Assembly: GCA_038064015.1 (NCBI GenBank)
Contig: JBBTUB010000015.1
Coordinates: forward strand, 7,093 to 71,092
Length of the DNA stretch: 64,000 bases
Source of the DNA: Patescibacteria group bacterium
GTDB taxonomy: Bacteria; Patescibacteriota; Minisyncoccia; 2-02-FULL-40-12; IGHO2-01-FULL-4-A
Direction of reading: 5' to 3'
The translations under genes and the position numbers were made by a program. Under the pieces are notes generated by a model. That model saw only the letters and a list, made by a program, of their open reading frames with translations. It had not been told where the DNA came from and made no database searches. Below are positions 48,803 through 58,834 of the stretch, in pieces; the first letter of the stretch is position 1; each line of letters begins with the position of its first letter.

Positions 48803-48805
48803 TTG

Positions 48806-48890
48806 TGCGGGCGAGAGGATTCGAACCTCCATAGGGTTGCCCCTGCTACCACCTCAAGGTAGTGCGTCTAGCCAATTTCGCCACGCCCGC
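48806..48890 (-). tRNA. tRNA-Leu(GAG)
   Basis: Acceptor GCGGGCG/CGCCCGC; anticodon arm CTACC-TTGAGGT-GGTAG; long variable arm. Confidence 0.95.
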
Positions 48891-48897
48891 ATATTTC

Positions 48898-49548
48898 TCA
48901 AAAGAACTTCATTCCAATAGCTTTCTCGATTTTCAATCGTTTCCGTGATAGACAAACAACCCGCTTATCATAATACATTTTTGGCAGTAATTGCAATGAT
49001 TCACCCTTGGCGTACTTGAGCTGATAGGCAGTTCCTTTTCCGCCTTTGCCCGTAAGATGGCCAGAGACTCCAGTATGGAGCTTTATTGTTTCTCTAAGCC
49101 ATTGAATATGCTTGAGGCTGGCCGATACAAACACCGTGTAGAACATGAAGCTTGATCGCCATCGTGGATCCATGTATGAATAAAATGATCCATCTCCATC
49201 AAAGCAACCGCGCAAGAAATCAAAAAAGTATTCTTCGGGAATTTTAAGTGCTCCCATCGTTTTCGACTTTGCAGGCGTCAAACCAATCTCCATCAGATAA
49301 CGATAAAAGAGCACGTCTCCGAACTGAACATGAAAATATTTTTTCTCTTCGGAATATCCCCGAGATTTTTTGCCAATTTTCACCGTGAGTCCCAGACAAT
49401 CAACAAAGTTGTTGGCTTGCTCGATGTCTTTCGTAGTTAGACTCAAATGCCTCCCGTCATTGTAAAGACATCCATCAGTAGTTATGAGGCCTATCGCGTA
49501 GGCGAATTTAGGAGACCATTCTATTTTGATCGTACCTAACGGTCTCAT
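48898..49548 (-). CDS. Free-standing double-motif LAGLIDADG endonuclease-like protein
   Basis: AYAIGLITTDG and DFLRGCFDGDGS motifs; L-x-RK C-terminus. Confidence 0.88.
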   Translation of the reverse strand: MRPLGTIKIEWSPKFAYAIGLITTDGCLYNDGRHLSLTTKDIEQANNFVDCLGLTVKIGKKSRGYSEEKKYFHVQFGDVLFYRYLMEIGLTPAKSKTMGALKIPEEYFFDFLRGCFDGDGSFYSYMDPRWRSSFMFYTVFVSASLKHIQWLRETIKLHTGVSGHLTGKGGKGTAYQLKYAKGESLQLLPKMYYDKRVVCLSRKRLKIEKAIGMKFF

Positions 49549-49624
49549 TCGTCTAATTATACCTCAAACCCTCCGTGGCTACCAGAAGAATTATGAACAA
49601 TATTTAATTGTCATCGAGAAAAGC

Positions 49625-49996
49625 CTACTGAGTTGCAACTTCGGCGGCAGGAGAGACCGCAACTTTTGCGATTTCGAGGATCTTGGTTTTCTTGCGGGTC
49701 TCGCGGGCGGTTTTGGTGCGGAGGTAGTAAAGCTTGGCGCGGCGGACTTTGGAGTTCTTGGTCACCTCAAACTGCGCGATGGTGGGCAGATGGAGCGGGA
49801 AAATACGCTCAACACCGATGCCGTTGGAAATCTTGCGGACGGTAATCGTCGCGTTGGCACCCGAGCCGTGTTTGCGCGCGATAATGATCCCCTCAAAAAT
49901 TTGAATGCGAGATTTCTCTCCTTCTTGGATTTTCTGGTGGACGCGCACCGTGGCGCCGGGGCGGAGCGTGCTGAAGTCTTTGGTGGTATTAGTCAT
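49625..49996 (-). CDS. rplS: 50S ribosomal protein L19
   Basis: RIQIFEG, TVRKIS[10 protein letters not shown], [11 protein letters not shown]. Confidence 0.97.
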   Translation of the reverse strand: MTNTTKDFSTLRPGATVRVHQKIQEGEKSRIQIFEGIIIARKHGSGANATITVRKISNGIGVERIFPLHLPTIAQFEVTKNSKVRRAKLYYLRTKTARETRKKTKILEIAKVAVSPAAEVATQ

Positions 49997-50712
49997 AGCT
50001 TTGCTATCGTATCTGATTTTAGGAAATTCGTCAATTCATCGGGCATGTCCGCCTCAAGCGTCATGGCTTGGCCCTGCTGGGTCGTAAATGAAAGTTGCTT
50101 GGCATGGAGAAACAGCCGGCCAAGCTCGGGAGGGCACGTGCGAGACTTCTCGGCATAGATCGGGTCGCAGACGATGGGGTGGCCGATGGAGCGCAGATGG
50201 ATGCGGATCTGATGAGTACGGCCGGTCTTTGGGGAGACCTCGAGGAGAGTATAGTTCTCGAAGCGCTCGAGCACTCGATACTCGGTCAGTGCTGCGCGCT
50301 CGTGCGTCTTGCCTTCGCGGGGAGGGCGCATGCTTTGGCGGGTGCCGAACTTGAAGAGTGGCGCGTCGATAATCCCCTGATCATTTTTTACCGATCCATA
50401 AACAAGAGCAGCATATTTTTTAGTAATCAGACGATCATGAAAGAGGTGCTTATAGTAGACAAACGCCTCTTGGTTTTTGACCAGCAAGAGCAAACCTGAG
50501 GTTTCTTTGTCGATGCGGTGGACGATGCCGGGGCGGGTTAAATCCTCTCCGACTTCTTTTGCCTCGGGGTATTTCTCTAAAAACCACGACAGCACGCTTG
50601 GCCGCTGATCATCTTTGTTGCGAGGATGCGTCAGAAGTCCGGAGGGCTTGTTGATGACGACAAAGTCAGGGGAGTCGTAGACGGTGGATGGGTTATTTAA
50701 TGAAGGATTCAA
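49993..50712 (-). CDS. RluA-family RNA pseudouridine synthase (no S4 domain)
   Basis: [29 protein letters not shown]-x-x-D-x-x-Y, LFLHA. Confidence 0.93.
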   Translation of the reverse strand: MNPSLNNPSTVYDSPDFVVINKPSGLLTHPRNKDDQRPSVLSWFLEKYPEAKEVGEDLTRPGIVHRIDKETSGLLLLVKNQEAFVYYKHLFHDRLITKKYAALVYGSVKNDQGIIDAPLFKFGTRQSMRPPREGKTHERAALTEYRVLERFENYTLLEVSPKTGRTHQIRIHLRSIGHPIVCDPIYAEKSRTCPPELGRLFLHAKQLSFTTQQGQAMTLEADMPDELTNFLKSDTIAKL

Positions 50713-51037
50713 TGGTTTTTCTCAACTCTCGATTCGCAATTTCAGTAATACTTCTTTGACCCGCGGCAATATCTTGAAGCCTAGTAATCGCATCCGTAAC
50801 ATCCTTGCGATCGTCAGGAGACATTACAGGATCAGAAACGACAGCCTCTCGTAACTTGAATGTTAGTTCGGCTAAATTTTCTATATTTAATAGCCATGTC
50901 AGGTTTTTCTCGATTATTTCATGAACCAAAAACTCTCCTCGCATGAGCGTTCTTTGCTCACCAGAAACTTTGGAGTCGGCGTTGTTGAGTATTCTTTTGC
51001 GGGCTTCATCACCGAAGGCTTCTCTACCAGTTGTCAT
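50693..51037 (-). CDS. Hypothetical helical protein
   Basis: ATG 51037 lies 2 nt after the duplicated tRNA 3' end; 114 aa. Confidence 0.55.
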   Translation of the reverse strand: MTTGREAFGDEARKRILNNADSKVSGEQRTLMRGEFLVHEIIEKNLTWLLNIENLAELTFKLREAVVSDPVMSPDDRKDVTDAITRLQDIAAGQRSITEIANRELRKTIESFIK

Positions 51038-51185
51038 AGTGCGCGCTGAGGGATTCGGCTTCGACTCTCGGCTCGCCGTCGCTCGCCTCGGTCTAGCCAC
51101 CGCCTCGCGTTATGATGTACTCATCATAACATGCTCCGGCGTTCTCATCCCTCCGCACGTCACGCCGGTGACGTGCTCATCGCAG
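51038..51185 (-). repeat. tRNA-linked element ending in a 20-nt copy of the tRNA-Val(TAC) 3' end
   Basis: AGTGCGCGCTGAGGGATTCG at both 51038-51057 and 51184-51203, with several hairpins between. Confidence 0.8.
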
Positions 51186-51258
51186 TGCGCGCTGAGGGAT
51201 TCGAACCCCCGACCCTCTCGGTGTAAACGAGATGCTCTAACCGCTGAGCTAAGCGCGC
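51186..51258 (-). tRNA. tRNA-Val(TAC)
   Basis: Acceptor GCGCGCT/AGCGCGC; anticodon arm TCTCG-TTTACAC-CGAGA. Confidence 0.95.
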
Positions 51259-51264
51259 CGACAG

Positions 51265-51336
51265 TGGGCGTGCCAGGGATCGAACCTGGGACCCGCGACT
51301 TATAAGATCGCTGCTCTACCGCTGAGCTACACGCCC
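51265..51336 (-). tRNA. tRNA-Ile(TAT)
   Basis: Acceptor GGGCGTG/CACGCCC; anticodon arm GCGAT-CTTATAA-GTCGC. Confidence 0.92.
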
Positions 51337-51340
51337 ACAC

Positions 51341-53158
51341 CTACCCTATTAAAGCATAGAGCTCCTTTTGTTCCAATGTTTCTTTGGCGATCAACTCTTT
51401 GGCGATGCGATTGAGCACTTCGATTTTTTTCGTGATGACCTCTTTGGCTTTTTTGAGCGCTTTACTCAAAAGCGCCTTAACCTCTACGTCGATCTGGTAG
51501 GCAATTTCATTAGAATAATTTTTTTGATGCCCGAAGTCCCGTCCCATAAACACCATCTCGTCTTTTTCTCCGAATACCGATGGGCCGATTTTCGCCGACA
51601 TACCAAACTCTGTGACCATTCGGTGGGCGAGATCTGAGGCGACTTTCAGATCATTGGAAGCGCCGGTGGTGAGTTCTTTGAAAACAATCTGTTCAGCCAT
51701 GTAGCCGCCCATGAGCACGGCGAGTTCGGCTTCAAATTCCGACTTAGTTTTGAGCATACGGTCTTCAGAGGGAAGCTTCAGCGTATAGCCTCCCGCACGC
51801 CCGCGCGATACGATGGACACTTTGTGGACCGGATCGGCGTGAGGAACCGAGACGGCAACCAACGCGTGGCCCGCTTCATGATAGGCGGTAATTTCTTTTT
51901 CCTTGGGATTCATCACCTTTGATTTGCGCTCCGGCCCAAGCATGACTTTCTCGACCGCTTGAAGAATATCAATTTGCATGATTTGGGATTGATTTTTGCG
52001 AGCGGCAAGGATGGCGCCTTCGTTGATGAGGTTGGCGAGATCAGCGCCGGAAAATCCCGGCGTGCGCTCGGCGACGACGCGCAGATTCACGTCCCGCCCA
52101 AGCGGTTTTTCAGCGGCATGGATTTTGAGGATCGCTTCGCGGTCTTTGAGTGATGGCTCATCCAGGATAATCCGGCGATCAAAGCGTCCGGGGCGCAAGA
52201 GGGCGGGATCCAGAATATCAGGACGGTTCGTCGCGGCCATGACGATCACGGCTGTATCCGTATCGAAGCCATCCATCTCGACAAGAATTTGATTGAGGGT
52301 TTGCTCGCGCTCGTCATGGCCGCCGCCCATGCCCGCGCCGCGATGGCGTCCGACGGCGTCAATCTCGTCGACGAAGATGATTGCAGGCGAATTTTTCTTG
52401 GCAGCTTCAAAGGTATCGCGCACTCTGGTAGCACCAACGCCGACAAACATCTCCACAAATTCCGATCCGGATACGAAGTAAAAAGGGACGTTGGCTTCGT
52501 TGGCGACGGCTTTGGCCAAGAGGGTTTTGCCGGTTCCGGGCGTGCCGACCAGGAGGAAGCCGCGCGGCATCCGGGCACCGAGGCGCTTGAACTTGGTCGG
52601 GTCGCGCAAAAACTCCACGATTTCGACGACCTCTTCTTTCGCTTCAATTAAGCCGGCGACGTCTTTGAAGGTAACTTTCTTTTTGGTAATATCCGTGCCG
52701 GCAAGGCGAGCTTTTGATTTTCCAAAATTCATCGCTCCCATCGCGCCTTTTTGGGCTGAGCGGAACATGAACCAAAACAATAGCCCAATGAACAGAAACG
52801 GCAGGACGATTTGGACGATGGCCGGAAGATAGCCAAAGAAGCCTTCTTCCTTGATCGTGATCTCTATTTTTTTCAGCTGGGCTTCGTCAGCGCCGAGGTT
52901 TTTGAGTGTTTCGCTGGGCGCGGCATTGGGCTCGGCTTTGACGGTTTCCTTGCCCTTATCGTCTCGGAGCTCAACGGTAAAGGTGCCGCCCTGCACCGTG
53001 AGCGTCTTCACGGAACCTTCGTTGATTTGCGTGATGAGCTTGCTCAGCGAGATTTCTTCTTTTTTGCCGCCTCGATCCGGGCTGAATCCCGCGATCAGGC
53101 TGGAGATCACGAGGAGGACCACAAAAATGAGGAGGATGTACTTAAGAAGTGACTTCAT
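51341..53158 (-). CDS. ftsH: ATP-dependent zinc metalloprotease FtsH
   Basis: Two TMs, [38 protein letters not shown]. Confidence 0.98.
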   Translation of the reverse strand: MKSLLKYILLIFVVLLVISSLIAGFSPDRGGKKEEISLSKLITQINEGSVKTLTVQGGTFTVELRDDKGKETVKAEPNAAPSETLKNLGADEAQLKKIEITIKEEGFFGYLPAIVQIVLPFLFIGLLFWFMFRSAQKGAMGAMNFGKSKARLAGTDITKKKVTFKDVAGLIEAKEEVVEIVEFLRDPTKFKRLGARMPRGFLLVGTPGTGKTLLAKAVANEANVPFYFVSGSEFVEMFVGVGATRVRDTFEAAKKNSPAIIFVDEIDAVGRHRGAGMGGGHDEREQTLNQILVEMDGFDTDTAVIVMAATNRPDILDPALLRPGRFDRRIILDEPSLKDREAILKIHAAEKPLGRDVNLRVVAERTPGFSGADLANLINEGAILAARKNQSQIMQIDILQAVEKVMLGPERKSKVMNPKEKEITAYHEAGHALVAVSVPHADPVHKVSIVSRGRAGGYTLKLPSEDRMLKTKSEFEAELAVLMGGYMAEQIVFKELTTGASNDLKVASDLAHRMVTEFGMSAKIGPSVFGEKDEMVFMGRDFGHQKNYSNEIAYQIDVEVKALLSKALKKAKEVITKKIEVLNRIAKELIAKETLEQKELYALIG

Positions 53159-54272
53159 CTAATTGCTTGGAGATGGTCAAAAGCATTTTATGATCTTTGG
53201 GATCAAGAGAAACGATGGCGACCGGAATCTGGGCGCCAACTTTGACGACTTCTGAAGGTTTTTTATTATCAAATTCCGCCAATGGCACAAGGCCGGTGAT
53301 TTCTTCGTCGAGGCTTACCAGGGCGCCATAGTTGGTCAGTTTCACCACTTTGCCCGTCAGATTCTGACCGACGCTGTATCGCTCGGGAGCCTTTTCCCAC
53401 GGGTCGGTTTTGAGCGCTTTGAGCGAAAGTGAAACCTTGCCACCTTCAATACTGATAATCTTCGCCGACACCGCTTGTCCGCTGGCCAAGAAATCACGAG
53501 GATTGTCGATGATTTTCCAGTCAATCTCCGAAATATGGATTAAGCCTTCAAGCTTGGTGGTCGAGGCCGCTTCTTTTGGCTTCAAAAGTACGAATGCTCC
53601 AAAGTCGGTGACGTCCGTGATCGTGCCTTCGACAATCTCGCCGAGCGTAAATTTCGCGAGTTCTTCTTGAATGTTTGCTTCCCCGATCGCTTTTTCTGAA
53701 ACGATCAATCGGTTTTCATCCTCGGAAAAATCAAGGATTTTGACTTGAAACTCAGCATTGCGGAATTTTTGGAGCGCCTGGACGATCTTGGTCGTATCAC
53801 CGCCTTCGACTTTCGGATAGTGGTCGGGAGACAGCTGTGAGAGTGGCAAGAAGCCCTGGACGCCGTTGAGCTCCACAATCAACCCACCCTTATTAATATT
53901 AACGATTTTCGTCGAAATTATTTCACCTTTGTCTTTCTTTTCCTTGATATCTTCCCAGGCGGTCGTGCGCTGGGCGCGCTTGAGGGAGAGATCGCGATAG
54001 CCAAGCCCGTCTTCATCCTCAATATCAAGAAATACCGCCGAGATTTGCTGGCCGGCCTGGAGTGCTTTTTGCAACGAGGTATTGTCGTAAAATTCTCCCG
54101 GGTAGACGATGCCGGTGCCCAAGGATCCGAGGTCGATCATGACCGCGTTCTTGCTAACGCTCAAAATTTCTCCCTGGACGACACTCCCCGGCTTGGGAAG
54201 GTCGATGTCAGTTTTCGCCAGTAGGTCTTTCATAGAAAGACCGGGCTCCGTAGGTAAAATTATAGGATCCAT
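53142..54272 (-). CDS. rpsA: 30S ribosomal protein S1 (four S1 domains)
   Basis: Repeated S1 motifs (NKGGL, GFLPLSQ, TDFGAFV, GLIHISEI, NYGALV); start uncertain. Confidence 0.88.
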   Translation of the reverse strand: MDPIILPTEPGLSMKDLLAKTDIDLPKPGSVVQGEILSVSKNAVMIDLGSLGTGIVYPGEFYDNTSLQKALQAGQQISAVFLDIEDEDGLGYRDLSLKRAQRTTAWEDIKEKKDKGEIISTKIVNINKGGLIVELNGVQGFLPLSQLSPDHYPKVEGGDTTKIVQALQKFRNAEFQVKILDFSEDENRLIVSEKAIGEANIQEELAKFTLGEIVEGTITDVTDFGAFVLLKPKEAASTTKLEGLIHISEIDWKIIDNPRDFLASGQAVSAKIISIEGGKVSLSLKALKTDPWEKAPERYSVGQNLTGKVVKLTNYGALVSLDEEITGLVPLAEFDNKKPSEVVKVGAQIPVAIVSLDPKDHKMLLTISKQLDEVTS

Positions 54273-54329
54273 AAGTTTCAAGAGTCTATCATGTTTTTTT
54301 TGTGCTGGCAATCCTGGTATACTGGGATC

Positions 54330-55181
54330 ATGAAATCGTGGCACGCGCATCTCTTGCGTACCGAGGTGATGGTTTTTTTGCTGGGGTTGGCGATTTTCGC
54401 CGAGATTGCCTTTCTCGCAGCTGTTTTTGTGGTGCTTCCGGAGTCAGGATTTCTCGCGCTGATCGCTCCCGATGCTTTGACCCGATCGGCAAACGCGGCA
54501 CGGCAAGACACTCAAAGCCCCGTACTGATTACCAATCCGCTCCTTACCAAAGCTGCCCAGCTCAAAGCCAATGACATGGCTACCAAAAGCTATTTCGCTC
54601 ATACGAGTCCGGCGGGTGTTACCCCCTGGTATTGGCTTGATCAGGTTGGGTATCGCTATAGCAGTGCGGGAGAGAATCTCGCGGTTGATTTTATCGACTC
54701 AAGCGACGTGCACCAGGCGTGGATGAATTCTCCCGGCCACCGCGCGAATATTCTCAATGCCGGATATACCGAAATCGGCATCGCGACGGCCACGGGGATT
54801 TATAAAGGCCACGAGACTGTTTTTGCGGTGCAGTTTTTTGGGAAACCCCGTAATACAACATCCGATAGCGGCTCTGCGAGCCGCATCGCGAAGCAGTCGG
54901 ATGTTGATATACGGGGAAACCCCGTGTTCTCGTTCTCGGTCGCTCAAGCGGAGGAATCCGGTGCTGCGGCAACGCTTGCCGCAAGCCCTCGAAAAGTCAC
55001 AAATTACGGCTTTGCCGTTGTCGGCATCTTGATCGTATTGGCGCTGGGGTTGACCATCCTCATCCGCATGGAACTTCCTCACCCTCAAAAAGCTATTTTG
55101 CCCATGGCAACGATTGCGATCATCATCTCGTTTATTCTGATCAATCACAAGATCGCTCTGGCAGGGCTGCAGATTCTTTGA
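54330..55181 (+). CDS. CAP/SCP-domain membrane protein
   Basis: AAQLKANDM...YFAHTSP, AGENLA, WMNSPGHRANIL, EIGIA, VQFFG. Confidence 0.92.
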   Translation: MKSWHAHLLRTEVMVFLLGLAIFAEIAFLAAVFVVLPESGFLALIAPDALTRSANAARQDTQSPVLITNPLLTKAAQLKANDMATKSYFAHTSPAGVTPWYWLDQVGYRYSSAGENLAVDFIDSSDVHQAWMNSPGHRANILNAGYTEIGIATATGIYKGHETVFAVQFFGKPRNTTSDSGSASRIAKQSDVDIRGNPVFSFSVAQAEESGAAATLAASPRKVTNYGFAVVGILIVLALGLTILIRMELPHPQKAILPMATIAIIISFILINHKIALAGLQIL

Positions 55182-55191
55182 ATGTAAAAGG

Positions 55192-55821
55192 CTATTCTGG
55201 TTTTCCGAGATTCACCCACGTAGTATTCCAGATCCACGAATTGCCGTCCTTATCGAGCAATGCGGTGTGATGCCACTGGACAATATCATCAGCCGCAATC
55301 GGGGCATCAAAACTTTCCTCGCGAACCCATGTTTTTGAGTTGAAGTACCGGTACCAGGCGTCGCCCTTGTTGGTCAGGACATGGATCACATTCCAGTCGC
55401 CGTCAACGAAGGCGATATCCCCGCCGCCGGTAATGCCTTGCGGGCCCTGCGGTCCGGCATCGCCTTTTTCGCCACGTTCGCCCTGATCACCCGTAGCGCC
55501 CTTCTCGCCTTTAGTACCTTGGGTTCCGCTAGCCCCTTTTTCACCGGCAACACCCTTATCGCCCTTGAGACCCTGCGGTCCGGTAGCGCCTCGGTCTCCC
55601 TTAGGACCCTGCGCGCCTTGCGCATTCCAACTCAAAAGGGCATCGTTTTTTGTGCACTTTGCCGCCGTGAAGCCGTTCTTACCTACCACAACTGCCGTCC
55701 CATTTTTTCGGATGCACACACTGATCGTGCTATCCGCTGCGCGAGCGTGGTGAAAAGCCGCGATGCCTCCGACTGCCAATATACCACCACTTAACAGTCC
55801 AATAAGAAAATATTTTTTCAT
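55192..55821 (-). CDS. Collagen-like triple-helix protein
   Basis: Signal peptide; 21 consecutive Gly-X-Y triplets; Trp-rich C-terminal domain. Confidence 0.88.
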   Translation of the reverse strand: MKKYFLIGLLSGGILAVGGIAAFHHARAADSTISVCIRKNGTAVVVGKNGFTAAKCTKNDALLSWNAQGAQGPKGDRGATGPQGLKGDKGVAGEKGASGTQGTKGEKGATGDQGERGEKGDAGPQGPQGITGGGDIAFVDGDWNVIHVLTNKGDAWYRYFNSKTWVREESFDAPIAADDIVQWHHTALLDKDGNSWIWNTTWVNLGKPE

Positions 55822-55893
55822 ATTTCGCTATTGTAACACAGGAATAGCCACGTCAAGTGTACAAGTTTATAAAAAAAGAGTATTGATAGAATT

Positions 55894-57873
55894 ATGAGAA
55901 AAATACTCGTGTTCGCGATTGCGCTATTGTTCGTGGTGATCTTGTCGACGCCTAAAGTTGCAGAAGCGGCCGATCTGTTTTCAGATGGATTTGAAAGTGA
56001 TGATTTTACAAATTGGACCAGTGCCGGATCAAAGTGGTCTGTCATCAACGGCGCCTCCGGAGCTCATAGTGGAACCAAACGTGCAGAAGTTAAGGGTGGC
56101 GGTGCTACCAACGACTCACTCCTTAAACAAATTTCGACGACGGGTAATCAAAATATCTCACTTTCTTATTGGTATAAGATTAACAGTGCACTCGAGAGCA
56201 GTGACCATGTAGTTGCAGAATGGAGTGTTGATGGTTCTTCTTGGACTACTTTGGCCGATTATGCTGGCCTTGCCGCAGGAGCATGGACTCAGGAAACTTT
56301 TAATTTGCCTTCGTCAGCAGATGATAGTACTAACTTTCAATTTAGATTTCGAGCAACTCTCAATGCTGGGAACGATGAATTTGAGCTCGATGACGTTGAG
56401 CTTATTGGAAGTTTCATTCCTACGCCAACACCCACCGCTACTCCCACCCCAACCCTGACACCTTCTGATACCCCAACTCCGACTCCTACGCCGACAGCAA
56501 CTCCTACTCCCAGTGCTACTCCTTCGGCTACCCCAACTCCCACGACAACTCCTACCCCCTATATCCAAATCGATACAATTAATGGCTCCTCTGGTCCTTT
56601 TACCTGCGAAGAAGGGAGTCCATTCCCTAACCTGGTTGAAATCACCGGATCAGGTTTGGGTAAGATCCCTCCCGGTCAAGTTGATCAATATTATATACAA
56701 ATAACTTGGGGAGATTCCACGATTGATGATGCTGTCTCCGCAAGTTTTTCCACGGCTGATAACGATGGATACTTTACCTTTAACTTTGAGGCATCGCATT
56801 CGTATACTACTGACGGTTCAGTAGCAATTTCGCCCCGTTTGTATCACAGCACTCCTCCTGGCAACGATGGAGCAGGTTCCACCGCTTCTTCGAGTTCAAC
56901 CGTGTGCGTTGAAGGCCAGCCATCGCCAAGTCCCACGCCAACCGCATCTCCGACTCCAGTACCTTCGACGGACGTTATCGTGACGAAAGCTACGGGCGGG
57001 GAAGCAATTCCTGATACGACCGTGGGGGGAGCATTCACCCAGCTAACCGGGCCGACAATAACCGAGCAGGATGCAGGGCAGATTGGTAGTGGAAGCTTCA
57101 TGCTGAATATTCCCAGCGGCTTTATCTTTGATGACAGTGCTATCGTCACCGCAAGCATCAGTAATTACGGAAATTGTAATGGAGAAGGCAATGCCATGCT
57201 TCAGGTTGGAAATCCAGCAGTGACGAGCACGACCATCACGATTGATGTCCAACAGTCTTCACGAAATAATTGCTATGGTGGCATAACCTTTGCGGGAATT
57301 GGGGTGCAGCCTACCGCAGTTGCGTCGGTGTCAGGAGATATCATGGCAAGCGGGACTTCAGTAATCTCTGGGGTTACTGCTTCCACGAGTTTCGGTACCT
57401 TAACTGAAACGCTCTCGGCGACTCCTACCCCAACCCCGACTCCCACGCCCGAAAGCGGAGGAGGTGGCGGAGGCGGGAGCTTCAATACTCCTACTCCGAC
57501 GCCGACTCCGTCAGCTTCACCCACGCCAACCGCTACGCCGACACCGAGCGGTGAAGTTCTGGGAGCGACTGCTACCCCAACCCCCAGACCGCAGGTAGTG
57601 ATCCCAGGCACACAAAGAATCCCAACTCCGACTCCTACGCCTACCCCAGCACCTTCGGTTACCCCGACCCCGCCAACCGGCGCGGTGCTTGGCGAGACAT
57701 TTCCCTCGGCTGGCTTTTGCTCGGCGACTCGAGACAAAGTCATGCTTGTTATAGCTCTTCTCTTGATCCCCCTCTCGATTATCGTTCGCCTTGGAATGAA
57801 CAATACGCAGTGGTTCGCTATCCTCCTGATTATTGGTCTGATCCTCCTTGGAATTACGCTTTTTGTGTGCTAA
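55894..57873 (+). CDS. Multi-domain Pro/Thr-linker surface protein (lectin/MAM-like and PKD-like domains)
   Basis: Signal peptide; FSDGFES...DDVEL domain; ITWGD...HSY; (PT)n linkers; VLG motifs; two C-terminal TMs. Confidence 0.8.
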   Translation: MRKILVFAIALLFVVILSTPKVAEAADLFSDGFESDDFTNWTSAGSKWSVINGASGAHSGTKRAEVKGGGATNDSLLKQISTTGNQNISLSYWYKINSALESSDHVVAEWSVDGSSWTTLADYAGLAAGAWTQETFNLPSSADDSTNFQFRFRATLNAGNDEFELDDVELIGSFIPTPTPTATPTPTLTPSDTPTPTPTPTATPTPSATPSATPTPTTTPTPYIQIDTINGSSGPFTCEEGSPFPNLVEITGSGLGKIPPGQVDQYYIQITWGDSTIDDAVSASFSTADNDGYFTFNFEASHSYTTDGSVAISPRLYHSTPPGNDGAGSTASSSSTVCVEGQPSPSPTPTASPTPVPSTDVIVTKATGGEAIPDTTVGGAFTQLTGPTITEQDAGQIGSGSFMLNIPSGFIFDDSAIVTASISNYGNCNGEGNAMLQVGNPAVTSTTITIDVQQSSRNNCYGGITFAGIGVQPTAVASVSGDIMASGTSVISGVTASTSFGTLTETLSATPTPTPTPTPESGGGGGGGSFNTPTPTPTPSASPTPTATPTPSGEVLGATATPTPRPQVVIPGTQRIPTPTPTPTPAPSVTPTPPTGAVLGETFPSAGFCSATRDKVMLVIALLLIPLSIIVRLGMNNTQWFAILLIIGLILLGITLFVC

Positions 57874-57882
57874 GCTAGGGGC

Positions 57883-58515
57883 ATGAACATTAGCTGGTAC
57901 GGACAAGCTTGTTTTCGGCTTGAGAGCAAAGATCTTCGCGTTCTCATTGACCCGTTTTCCAAAAAAATCGGCCTTCGGGAGCCTCGCATCAACGATACGA
58001 TCGTACTCGTGACGCATGAGCACGACGATCATAACAATACCGAGAACGCCGGAGAAGCGTTTGTCGTGCGCGGGCCGGGTGAGTATGAAAAATCAGGCGT
58101 CCAGATCGTCGGCATCTCTTCATTTCACGATGATACGCAAGGCAGTGAGCGCGGACTCAATACGATCTATGTGGTGAAATTTGAAGACATCACGCTGTGT
58201 CATCTTGGCGACCTCGGGCAGCGAGAGTTGACTGCCGAGCAAGTTGAAATGATCGGGAATGTCGATATTTTGTTGGTGCCCGTCGGTGGCGTCTATACGA
58301 TTGACGGCAAGCAAGCCGCAGGCATCATCAAGCAAATCGAGCCGAAGATTATTATTCCGATGCACTACAAAGTCTCAGGGCTTACGATTGACCTGGAGCC
58401 TGCGACGGCGTTTTTAAAAGAGATCGGCATCAAGCCTGAGGAAGTCGAGACCTACCGGATCAACGCCAAGTCGCTACCACAAGAAGAGATGAAGCTCGTG
58501 ATGTTTAAACTATGA
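57883..58515 (+). CDS. Metallo-beta-lactamase-fold hydrolase
   Basis: IDPF, THEHDDH, PGEYE, HLGDLG, PVGG, IPMHY. Confidence 0.92.
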   Translation: MNISWYGQACFRLESKDLRVLIDPFSKKIGLREPRINDTIVLVTHEHDDHNNTENAGEAFVVRGPGEYEKSGVQIVGISSFHDDTQGSERGLNTIYVVKFEDITLCHLGDLGQRELTAEQVEMIGNVDILLVPVGGVYTIDGKQAAGIIKQIEPKIIIPMHYKVSGLTIDLEPATAFLKEIGIKPEEVETYRINAKSLPQEEMKLVMFKL

Positions 58516-58832
58516 AACTTCTTGATGAAATTCGCCAGCAGCCGCACCACATCCGTAAGATTTTTATGTGGTCCATGGTCGCGATAAGTTTTTCGATCGT
58601 CGGGCTTACCTACGTCAATTCCACCAAGAAGCAAATCGTCGCCTTGATGAATCCTCAAGACGCTTCGACCACGGGGGAACCGGCAATTCCTGAGCGCTCT
58701 CCGTTCGCCCTGATCGGCGATGCATTCTCAAGCTTGCGGGCTAATATTTCAGAATTGATCGGTCGCAACACGCAAGAGCCTATCACTTCTCAAGCAACCC
58801 CGACTCCCGTACCGGCTCAAAAACTTCCCTAA
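58512..58832 (+). CDS. Hypothetical single-TM protein
   Basis: ATGA overlap with the upstream gene; one TM. Confidence 0.7.
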   Translation: MKLLDEIRQQPHHIRKIFMWSMVAISFSIVGLTYVNSTKKQIVALMNPQDASTTGEPAIPERSPFALIGDAFSSLRANISELIGRNTQEPITSQATPTPVPAQKLP

Positions 58833-58834
58833 CC

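Noticed and set aside
48898-49548. Intein or group I intron carrying the LAGLIDADG ORF
   Set aside because: No splicing motifs; neighbouring rplS and tRNA-Leu are uninterrupted; the ORF has its own promoter-like box
51038-51203. Prophage or genomic island bounded by attL/attR
   Set aside because: The repeats are only about 146 nt apart with no genes between them
1-54272. Gene orientation largely head-on relative to the putative oriC
   Set aside because: Cannot be interpreted without whole-genome skew; strand bias may simply be weak
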